Positions 11,799 through 23,200 of a stretch of DNA of 64,000 nucleotides are shown here, in pieces. Position 1 is the stretch's first letter. Each line of letters starts with the position of its first letter. The stretch is from Klebsormidium nitens (lineage: Eukaryota; Plantae; Klebsormidiophyceae). The translations under genes were made by a program, and so were the position numbers. The stretch spans positions 62,001-126,000 of the forward strand of contig DF237088.1 in assembly GCA_000708835.1 (NCBI GenBank). The letters run 5' to 3'. Under the pieces are notes generated by a model. The model was not told the DNA's origin, did not search any database, and worked only from the letters and a program-made list of their open reading frames with translations.

Positions 11799-14403
11799 AT
11801 GGCGCCAGATCAGAGGGGCAGCAGCCAGACGTGGTTGAACGTTGCACTTGCACAGAAGCTAGCGTTCTCCGCATCCTCAGCGGTGGTTGCGGAGACCTCT
11901 ACTTATCCAATAGGTAGGTGGCAAACAATCTTCTCCTGTTTCTTTAGCATTCCTAGGTGAAAAACCTCATAGTGCTTCCATCTGGGGCTCAAGAGATGCA
12001 ACAGATTAATGGAACAGGACAGAAAGCTTGGAATGAGCGCCACAGCTCTAGTCAATCTACAAAGAGCAAGTCTCTACCCTGCTGTTCCAACAATCTTCCC
12101 CCCCGCCTGATCAAGTGGTACCACGTTTGCAGACATCGTGAAGACCAGGCTTCAGCTGCAGGGCGAGGTTGGCAGCCTGAAAGGTGGCGCAAACGCCCGT
12201 GGGGCTTTCGGGACTGCCGCTGGGATACTCAGGGATGAGGGCCTCCAGGTAAGGTTGATATCGAATAAGTCCTCAGCTTGTCAAAGAGGGCGTCTCTCAG
12301 CTGGCTCTTCATCTGGCGAGACACAGAACTTCGAGTTTGACTCTCTGCCGCTACAATTTTGAGCCCAACGATGTGTCTGAGCGACCAATGGACCACTAAG
12401 TAGTCGCTTGGAGAACACGGTCCGCTGGTGTCCGCTTTATTTGGGTTGAGAGAGTTCGAAACAGCATATGCACGTACCAAGGATCCCAGGGGAGTCGCAA
12501 GTTCGCTTCGCTAAATCTGTGTCGCCATCTAGAAAGAACAAAGGCTCTGGCGGTTAGTATGACGGACCTAGTTAGGGTCCGGATAAGCAGCAAGCCAGTC
12601 TTGAGACTGACTCGATAATGATCAAAACTTATTCTGTCTTTGAAGTGGCTCTTACATACCAAACAAGAGACATTGTTCCTCCCTCATGTCCCAAGTTCTT
12701 CCACATACTTAGGTGTCTCCTAAAGGGACAACCTCGGAGCACGCTCAATGACTCGTACGTTCAGTGCCATCCCCTGTTTAGCTTCTGTCCCATGGACAGA
12801 AGCCCAGGTTTAACATAAATTCATTTCTTCCAAGTCAAATTTTGTATTCAAACCAACAGTTTTACTCTTTCCATTTGCTTTCTGCAACATTCACCAAACG
12901 ACCTACACCACACCTTGATTCACTGCAGGGTTTATACCGTGGTTTATCCCCCGCTGTTGGACGCCACATCTTTTACAGCAGTATACGCATTGGAGCTTAT
13001 GAGAACCTGAGGGGCTTCTTCATCGAGCCTGGCCAGGACGCCTCCTCAGTGGGGGTGGGAACCAAGATGTTGCTCGGAGCGACAGCGGGCGTGATTGGGC
13101 AAGTCGTAGCTTCCCCAATGGACCTTGTCAAGGTAAACACACAAATCTTGCAACACATCTAGTTGCTCGACAGCGGATTTGACTGCCGGTGCCGACTGCT
13201 GGCCCTTGGTTTGCTTGCTTCTTTGATGTTGTAAAAGACTTGTATACAAGCCGAATGAGAACATCGAGGAAGTCATTCCACGTTTGTGCTTTGACGTCTC
13301 CAAGGGAAACTAGTCGAGAAAGATTATCGTACCTTACCGCTTCCCTGGTCCTTCGAAGCACCGCCAGTTGTTTGTCAGGCCTGCCAGAAGTACAGGAAGG
13401 ACCAGTCTACAATGTTTGAAAGTTGAAAGATTCTTAAAGCGCCAGCGCCTCCTTGTCAACTTTGCAAGCTGCCCCCTCCTTGCAGGTCCGCATGCAAGCC
13501 GACGGCCGGCGGGTGATTTTGGGCGAGCCTCCTCGGTACCGCGGTCTGACGCACGCTCTCACGACCATCGTCCGAAAGGATGGGGTGTCCGGACTTTGGC
13601 GCGGGGTCGGTCCGAACGCCCAGCGGGCCGCACTGGTTAACTGCGGAGAGTTAGCGGCGTATGACCAAGCCAAAACCCTGGCCCTTGGGTACGGTTTAAA
13701 AGATGGGTTAGCGGCGCACACGGCAGCGAGCGTGCTGTCCGGACTGTCCGCGACGCTGTTCAGCTGTCCAGCGGACGTGGTCAAGACGCGAATGATGAAC
13801 CAGGAACGGCAAGGAACCGTCAACTTGTACAGGTGGGGGCTCGTTGATTTAGTTGCACAGACTATTGCGCGTGCAGTTCGTCAAGTGAATTTGCAGGTCA
13901 TCGAATCGGTTTAGGTTCTCGATAGGTTCTCGACTCTCGAGGTACCCTGTGACCCGTTCAAGATGCAAGAATAAACGAGGGTGTCTTGAAATGATCTTGC
14001 TTCTGCCATGAGGGAGGCTTGACTTTGGTCGAAGACGTGAAGTCTTGCTGAATGATTACGTTTAGGCAAACCATCAAGACGGGGGAACAGTAAGGAGAAA
14101 GATTACGAGGCACTCCAATGTCCGTCCCAATATCCCTCGTGACACAGAAATGCATTTTCAAAGTGCTGTGTTCTTAAAAGAGCCCGTTCGTACCACGACA
14201 GCCGACTTCACCTTTCTGACTGCCTCCACTTCTCTCATTGCAGAAACTCCCTCGACTGCCTCGTCAAAACGGTGAAGAACGAGGGCCTCTTGGCACTATG
14301 GAAGGGTTTCTTCCCCACGTGGGCACGCCTCGGGCCGTGGCAGTTTGTGTTCTGGGTCTCGTACGAACAGCTGCGGAAGGCTGCGGGTTTATCAACGTTC
14401 TAA
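11799..14403 (+). CDS. UCP3: Mitochondrial carrier, uncoupling-protein (plant UCP3-like) subfamily
   Basis: Exons 11799-11913, 12133-12249, ~12928-13132, ~13486-13831, ~14244-14403. Three carrier signature repeats are present ([30 protein letters not shown]), plus [11 protein letters not shown] and [25 protein letters not shown]. The subfamily call is from recalled motifs. Confidence 0.9.
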
Positions 14404-15309
14404 AGTTTCCAGACGTGTTGAAATTCGTCCACTGAGTGAGTGTTTTGGTGGCCCGACCCGAATTGCATTACGGATGAATCCACCAGCCAAGGATCGAGAG
14501 CGACTTCGTCCAAGGTAGATGATGAAGGAGGCACGCGATTAGATTCTCAAAAGTGAGCCATTTTTCTCTAGATGCACGTAAAGGTCGGACGATAGATCAT
14601 TTTTGGTCAGTTTGCCCCGACTTTACAGACCAGGCGGGTAAGATAGAGATACTGGTATAGCATATTGCCATATTTGAGATGTCGAACACTTCAAAAACGG
14701 TTGCCAGCACAAACAGTCAAAATCTTGACGCGATAATACGACTTTGCATGGTCATGCAGAAACGTCGCTGCATGACCATCATGCCCCCCACGCTCGTACT
14801 CAAAAGGAACTTTCAGAATCCTTGATGATCGCCGCCATATGGCGGCATATGCAGCCGGACAGGGCCGCATGTAAGTACTTGGGCCACAAATGTTCGTATA
14901 TCTTGTACATACAGCTGTCGCGATCCGGCGGCCGGCCAATCCATTCATGTTGTCGGAACTGCCCGCACGTGGATTATACATAATGGCACGCACCGGGCCG
15001 GTCGAGGGATCCTGCGGGGCTGGAGGCTACAGTTTCTGTCTGAGATACGCGGCAACGACATATCATCCTTGCGAAAGACGAGACACCAACTTAGTCATCA
15101 AGTAATTACTGTATTGAATTTCAAGTGCTTAAGAATTTCGGACGAGCATCAACGATTGTGTGACGGTCAGCTACCACGGAAACATGCACACATGACTTCG
15201 TTGAGAATGAAGGACGAAGCATTCCAAGTTAAATGCTGCGCATACCAAGTGTTCTTGCAGTTATATACAGAAATATCAACGTCACTATATGGCAGGGGAG
15301 TCTAGTATG

Positions 15310-18300
15310 TTACAAGAGTTGCCACTCATCTTTGTTGCTTGACTCGTCTTCACCTTCCTCCTCGAAATCTTGAGTCTCTACCTGTGCACTTGTGCTTGCT
15401 CCTGATTTACCTCTGAGGTCGACCGTGAACATGGGTGCACCTCCGGCCGCCTCGGTCAACGTCGTCACGCGATGACACAAGTCTACGAACTCTCCTGCAA
15501 ACGGAAAGCAGACGTTCGAGCTTCTCTTAGAGACCAATGCATAGTGTTGCATTGGTTAAGTCGTTGAGTGATGAACATAATCGCGAGACGAGGCATACTC
15601 CGCAGAGGGAAGGCTGCCTACGAGGTTCTTTTTTTATTAGCCAAATAGCCACTGCAGCTCAGTCTCGGTATGCAACTCACCGTGATCTCGGCAGTAGAAC
15701 CCCAGAGCAAGGGAGTTGTCTAGGGAGTCAATCGGCATCCGCCTTATTGTGCTGCATCAGAAAGAAGTAAAAGTTCCAGATCAGCATACAAAATATGGCC
15801 GGACGACGTTCTTTCAAGAAAGGCAAGCAGAGCCTTCGCCACGGGCATCGGTGTGCCTTTAAACAAACTCTTCGTCTTTGGGAGACGACCCCCTGATCGC
15901 TTGCAGCAGCGGCAGTTCTCGAAACTTAGCTCACCTGCAGTGGTACGAACTCGTGTCAGGTTTCTCCTCTTGGCCTTGCAACAGCACCGCCTGCAAGACA
16001 CAAGAAGGACGTAATTGAAAACTCTGCATGAGTTGCGGCCAAAACAAAGTGCCCCAGACTGGATTTTGAACAGCTCAGAAAAGCAGGCCAGATGTTATTT
16101 CGATTCAAAAATGGTTTACCCGAAGGATGAAATCGTGTGCGAAATGACGTTCAAGAAAAAGCAGGCCGTTTGTTGTCTTGAACCCAAAAATTCGTGCTAC
16201 AAAGAGGACAGATTGTTTGCGACTTTACGTTCAGACAAAGTGGATACGGTCCAGGAACAACTGAGACAATGAGAACCACTTAGTCGCAGAAAGATGGGGC
16301 GCTTCGTTTGAACCAAAAGCATCCCAACGGCTCTTGCACTGATGCAATTATGAAGAAGAGGGGACAGCACTGGACACACAAAGCTCGTCATAACAACGGC
16401 GTGTACGTGAAGTTCGACGATGTTGAAAAGGAACCATGCGTGTAGAAAAAGCCGTCCTTCTTTCGTGAACAGCGAAGCATTTAGGCAGATGGTTCAAGGT
16501 GATCATTATTGTGTCAAAGGTGCTTCTCGTGAAACACTGGTGAACTGCTAACGAAATCGTTCGAAGCGGAAGGGACGACTCACTGGTTGGACTTCGTGCG
16601 GATCTAGGTAGAAGACCTGTTCCTCCTGATATCCAATTATGTACACAGATGCGCCAGGCTTTCCCCCAACGATGCCGACACTTTGCGGGAAGGTGAGCGC
16701 GGCTTTCAAGGAGGGCAGATACCTGGATACCACGACTTCCAGAGGAATCAGAAGGCGTCGAAGATGGAAAAAATGCACTGTGGAAGTTGGCTCAAGGTTG
16801 AAGTTATTGTTACCGAGAATTTGCATGTGGAACCCAGTAACTGGCCGTTCTATGAATCAATTCTTCTTTCCTTGGTTGAATAAAGTAAGCGCTTCAGGAG
16901 CTGAGGCCAGCTCGAGGGGGCCTTACTCACCGACACAGACCCTTTAAAGGCAGGTTCCAGACGTTTGTGGTCGGTAATCTTGCGCTATGCATCAACCGAA
17001 CCAGCCGCACAGACATGTGGAAAAGCATCTAGACGTCTGGCCAAAGAACCTCAAAAATTCTTTGCAGTTTTCAAGGATTCTCGGGAGAGTTGCTGTAAAT
17101 CTTGGCGGAAGAAAGACCAAACGCAGTGTATGCTACAGTTCGTTTTACCAAATGACGACAGAAAACATACCGGTAATTTGTATCGTAAATGGCTGAAGGC
17201 ATGCCAAGAGACACCCCCGACGTTACAGCGATTGTCCTGATGGCCTTGACACTCAATCAAGAAACAAAAGACTCCCGCTGCTTACCGCGGGTTCACTTTG
17301 TCCACCCCCAGCACCAGCGGCACCAGGATCAGCAGGGGCGACCAGTGCTCAGGCGCCTCTGAAAGAAGGTCGCTGTAGCTGGACTCCGCATCAGCGCCAG
17401 CCCGTCTTCGGCAGAGGTCGGCAACATCCTCAAGCCCGAGAACTGGAGCGCCCCCACGTTCACCGTCCGCTTCACCTGTCAAGGACGAGGAAGCAGACGT
17501 AAATCAACACGAACAAGACTAGCCTGCTCTAGCCTGTATTCTCAGAGTCTCGAAATATCGTTGGGGACGAATGCAAGACAATCAAGAGGGAGTGGTATAC
17601 TTGACCACTTTATGAGATGCACACGAGTTCTAAAGCTGCTTTTCAACGTGGGCAATCTGATGGCTCCTGCTCACATGTGACGAGCACTGCAATTATGTGT
17701 CAGGATATCAGAAGAAACCATACCTTCACTAAGTCCAGAACAAAACAAAAACAGTTGCAGCTGTCCTTCTTGAGATGAATGCAACTGTCAACTACGAAAC
17801 ATGCCTTCGAAACATCACAAAGCTACCTGACAAGCAGACAAGGAGGGAGAAGTTGCATACCTGAGACCACGCACACGGCAAACGGAAACGCATCTTTGCT
17901 GCTCTCAGACTCAGCCAGTGCCTCAAGTGACCGGCAGAGGGTGTAGGGCCCCAGCCACGCTCCAGGAGTGACCCCATGCGCTGCCCCCGCTAACACGATG
18001 TTGTGCAGCGAGAACGGACAAGAGGGCACTTGACAATCCCCAAAGCTCCTAACAAGTTGTAGGTAGTCTGGCGAGGCAGGCTGCCGAGACAGAGCGGAGG
18101 TCTAGTTATTACGCAGCGGTTGAGATGGGGCCCCAAATACACAACCTGACCAAGGCATCCTAAGACGTAAGTTTACCTTCCTGAGAACGATGAAAGACTA
18201 CAATATAAAGCCGAAAAGATGACGCTCAAGTTGTTGCCCAGGACCTGTGTCAAACAATAGAATGCTCCGGCGCCAGTTCTTGAACAAACTGCAACTTTTG

Positions 18301-19501
18301 AAAGACCACGTCAAGGATCTAGACAGATCAGCATGAGGTCTGGGGAGTGGGCTCAAACGTCTTACACTCTCAGAGGACCATCGCCAGTCTCGTTGCAAGT
18401 AGTGCTGAAGGAGAGCCTGCGCAGATATGTGAAAAGCACAAGTTAGGAGCCACAGAAGGTTGACAACCTCCTGAAGCTTGGGGTTGGTCATTCAAAGCAT
18501 TGCAGCAGCCATGGGGCACTGTTTTCTTTCTCACCTGTCCGAGCATCATCTGGCCGCTTCTGATCATGCAGCCCCAACCCACGTCGGCTGTGAGCTTTGA
18601 ATCGCCAATTGCTTCAAAGTCTGCACAATCAGCAAGCTCAGTTTTAGCTATTTAGGGTTATGGAAACAGGCCAGGCACAGCGAGGAGCTGCCAGCACATG
18701 TACCAGCAAGATGACAAAGCAGGCCACTGGCTGGAAGGCAAGACTTATTGAAGGAAGATACAAACACACTGTTTGACGCCAGCTGCTCACCTTTTCTGTA
18801 TGTGAACCACAATCTAGAAGCAAAATCTGCCAGAATGCTGTCTGCCACCTCCTGCTTGAGTGTGGTTCCATCGTCTGAGCCCTCATGACACAGCCCCAAA
18901 ATCCAGACAGGACTGCCACAGGGCGGAAGACCACTCGACCGCCCCAAAAGTTCGTTCAACCGCCTCATGTGAAAGACGTTGTACGCCGAATGATACACCC
19001 TTGCTAAAGTAAGCGCTAAGTCAGATCTCCTCTCGCACTTTTCCACAGCCCGTACGCACTCCTTTGAACAAACGTCTGACTCCTTTGACAAAGCCTCCTT
19101 CAACTGTTGCGTGCTGCTTTCAGGCTCGCCAGAGGGCTCTTGAACTCGTGACAAGCTCATCTGGGCGTTGGATGATGGAGCGTTAGCGCACCATTTGCTC
19201 GATTTCAGGGCTCATGAAACAATGGGCCAGCCGGAAGCCCAGACAAACAGCTTGAATCAAGCTGACGTGGCAAGTGTGTCGGGAGTCGGGACTCTCGAGC
19301 AATCATCTACCGAGTCTTTGCTCACTTTGATGGACATGAACCGTTCGATGAATCATACTTGAGCAATATGATTTATGAACCGTCGATACCGCCATTCTTC
19401 ACCTGGCAATGCACCAGTAGTTCGCAAACTTCTGCAGTGCGTGCTTCTGCGCCTCCTTGGCGAAGTTCTTTCACCAAGCCACTTGACAATGACATCACCA
19501 T
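15310..19501 (-). CDS. ATG4: Autophagy cysteine protease ATG4 (peptidase C54)
   Basis: Spliced exons give FASRLWFTYRKGF, DVGWGCMIRSGQMM (catalytic Cys), YLDPHEVQP (catalytic Asp/His), DTSSYHCS, DSLDNSLALGFYC and the C-terminal AIM/LIR DEWQLL*. The main exon starts at 19160. A putative upstream phase-0 exon at 19501-19403 (MVMSLSSG...) is less certain. Confidence 0.94.
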
Positions 19502-19512
19502 GTTTGCAGCAG

Positions 19513-19640
19513 GTCAGCCGCCGGGTTACTGGTTAGCAGCTGGTTAGCTGCGGGCCAGCCGCCAGCTTATTGGTTAGCGGCTGGTCTGCCGCCAGATCAT
19601 TGGTTGGCAGCTGGTTAGCTGCAGGTCTGCCGCTCGGTTG
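19513..19640. repeat. Degenerate tandem repeat (30/41-nt units) upstream of ATG4
   Basis: Three copies plus a partial copy of a gYcWgccgcc..t.aYtggttRgcRgctg-like unit; several CTAAC words occur on the minus strand. Confidence 0.7.
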
Positions 19641-20273
19641 ACGATTGTCCAGCACTAGGTTAAACGCCTCAGTACAAATGGCACGCCACGAGTCATTATC
19701 AATCGGTCTGCAGGGAAGCTCTACCACACTACCGGGACACAAAGCACACTCGACTCTCCTATCATGGACCACATCAAGACCACAGTAGTATATGGCAATG
19801 TGGTTATCCTCCATGGTCGCAGTCATTAGTGAAATCTAGCAAGCGATTCGCAACTAGATTACTTAGTGAGAGAGATTCAAGTGTAGTGTGCGAAAAAGTG
19901 AACCCTACTTTGGTAGTCTAGTGGTAGAGTAGCTTCTCGAATTCAAGGATCGAACTCGTGACATGTCTGTACTGGCCCCCGTTAGGTCCATGGCGAAAGC
20001 TACGTACGGCCTTCTAATTAAAACTTATGAAAATTAAGCAAGCTGCAAGCTCCTCCGACTCGCATGCACGGTCCTGTGTTCAGATGGGAGTCCTTCGCGC
20101 GCTCTCGCTGGTGTTTGCAGAAGACTTGTAGCACAATGCCAATGGGGCAGGATGGCGGCATTGGGAGCCAAACGCAGCAATCAAAAGCATTTCAAATTGG
20201 ACAGGTTGAGACTTAATGCCACCATGCAGCGTGTCACAGTCTGAACAGGATTGAAGCAGAGCTAAAAGAGAGG

Positions 20274-23200
20274 ATGGGCAAGAGTAAGTTTCACAAGTCG
20301 GAGAAGGCTGCGCGAACTCTTAGTTTTTTCCAATCCAACTCAATTGCGCCAGCATCAAGCAAGGTAACACCCGAGAGTAGCTTCCTGCAAGATGCTGTTG
20401 TGGCACGGCAGCTCCTATCAACAGCTGTCTGGCAAGGCAACTTCGATACCCTGATCGATCAGTTGGAAGTCCTGAAGACAGGTAAGATGCATTGCTTGAA
20501 AGAGGAAATCCTTGATTCGCTTGTGTATCTAAAAACCTCCAACACATGTACAGGTGTGTGCAATCTTGAGGAACAATACTACGATCCTGCCAAGGAACTT
20601 GGCAGAAATCTGCTTTAAAAGTCTTGGCCTATCATGAAGTGCAGAGACCAGAGAGTTGCACACAATGGCGCGACCCCACTGCACAATGTGCTTGTGTGAT
20701 TCTCTTGTCCCAACTTTGCTTTTCCATGCGCTCTCTGGGTCTTCTTCCCTGCACTAGGACTGCTGAGCTACAAACTCTACCCAGAGTCAGGCTTGGTGGC
20801 AAGGTTTCCACTGACTACGTCGTGCCAGTGTACTGAGTGTTTGATATCTCTATTGCGCATGCAGGTGATGAAGCCCGATGCCTGGCAGCGCTCAACAAGC
20901 TCACCTCAGACAAAGCTCTGCTAGCATCTGTGGCAGCAGTTGAAAGCTTGACGGAGCAACTTGCCAAGGAGCTGCACAACCTCATTCTTGCCAGAAGCAG
21001 TGGCAAGAAAGGCAAGAGCGGAGCCACAGCTTCGAATAGAAAGAAGACCTGTGTTTCAACAGAAGCAAGCAGTCCAGTCAGCAATGGAGTCCAGCCTGGA
21101 GAGAAGACGACCACCACTGCTGCCTCCGAGGAGCCAGTGCCTGTATGCAAAAAGGAGAATGACAAAGCGCTTTCAGCGCAGGTCGATTGCTGTCCAGAAG
21201 AAGAGGAGGTTGATGACAGGATGGGAGCTCCCAATTATTTCAGTACAGCTCGCGAAGCACCGGAGGGATCTGAGCCTGAAGCATCTGCAACAAAAGACAA
21301 CCCCCTCAACAAGTTACTGGAAACACAGGGATGCACCACTGCGGATCTGCAGAAGATCTGCAAGCAATCTCCCGTGGAGCTGGTTTCCCAAACAGTGGCT
21401 ATGCCAGTAAGTACACGTGTTAATGCCAAGCTGCTAAAAGCGGAAGGGCCTCAACCTAGTTCTTGACAGAGAGCGAAGCTGGATGTACAAAAAGTAGAGA
21501 CAGTTGTACAGAATATTTTCTGTTTATGAATGATCACCAGTTGGTCAGTCTAGATTGTCGGCCTACCGCATCGCCATAGGGACAGTTTTCGATCGACACT
21601 TTGTCGCCGAAGGTCAGGCTTTTGCTTCCTCATAAAGCATTCAGCGGTGGACAACCCCTGAAGCAATCCTTTTTTTCTATCTTGCAGGGTATTTTGGTGC
21701 CATCTCCGGGTCTGAGGCTCCTTGGATCGTCAAAGGCTTTGGCTCTGATATCAGCTCCTGAGAGCTTGGAGATTGCTCCCATCTTCATTGCCAGCCGAAG
21801 AAGGGCAGATGTAGCACACTTGAATCTGGCAGTGCCATGGATGCTAGCAGACAAGAAGCATGTGGTGCTTTTAACAATCGAGCCCTCAGATGTGAGCTTC
21901 GAACCAGTGCCACTGATTCTCGCTGCTTTTGCAGTCGGTCATCTTGAACCATGCCTATTTGTGTTTGTTGGTCCACATCTTTCTGTCGCCTGTCTTTCCA
22001 AGTCGTGTACCTTCTATTTCAGCATCATTTATGTGATTTTAAAATGCATTTTACCTAGAGGATGTGGATTAGTCAAAGGCTATAGGATCTAAGAAGGCAG
22101 CTTAGCTGATCAATATATTGCTAGATGTTGGGGAGAAATTTTTATCTGATGTTGTGCTCTTGCTTTGTGCAGGAAGCAGCATACAGGAAGTGGGCCGAGC
22201 AGTCCGAGAGGCACATCCTTGTCGTGCTGCCAGAAGATGGACGGGGCATCGGATACGCAAGACGTTGGATACAGGATGTTGCTGCTCACCTGAAGCTGAA
22301 AAGATACTGGCAGGTAAGTCCCATTGAGAACTTTGCAAGCTGTGCTCCTGCCGCAGTGACGTCTTGGGAAAACTCAATGGTCTGGGGGCGGACACAAAAA
22401 GCTCAACACACGTCACATCTTCTGCCGTTAGCTAGGCAAGTTCTTCAGCAGAACTGATTTCGCATACATCAGGGGTGTTACAGGGAGAGGAGCATCTATA
22501 CTTGCCGGCCAAGATTGTTTTGGAAGACAAGCATACTCATTTGCATTCTTAGTATTGAGTATTAGGAGAAAGTTGTCCTGTCCCTCTTTAATGCAGATGG
22601 ACGATAACGTTTGTGCCATTCGAGACCAGGACGAGATCATTCCTGCCCATCGTGTCATGGAGCTCCTTCAAGGCCTAGAGCCCCGCTCTTTGATCAGCGT
22701 GGTGCATCCTTCCTGCAAGCTTTTCGTGTGGTACCCGGTGAGTTTTCCAGCGTGCTTCTTCTTGGACCATGGCCATCTTCTACAAAGCAAACCTTCTGTT
22801 TTTTGAAGCAGCTTCTTGTGCCCTTTGGTGTTTACTCTTTCTGGGGTGTATATTTCAACTCCACCAACAGTCGATGAGTGCTTTGCAAACATTGTAAACA
22901 GTCGGCCAATGTAATTGTATCTGTGAAGAGGTTTGTCGTCGTTGTGAGAAGGCCTATGCTGAGCATGCCTCACCTGCTATCTGCAGATGGTGCTTCTCTA
23001 CACACCGCTCAAGTCCCCACGTTTTAAGGCCGTGTTCAATGAGCGAGAGCGGGTGGCTGACGCAGAGTGGGTGGACTTCACCGAGCAAGTGCACGCTATC
23101 GACGGGCCCCTCATCCACGACAAAACGCCCTGCTGGCTGGTTCCTTATCAACCGGGCTATGTTGGCGGATGGGGCGTTCCGGATGTGAACGGGGAGTCCG

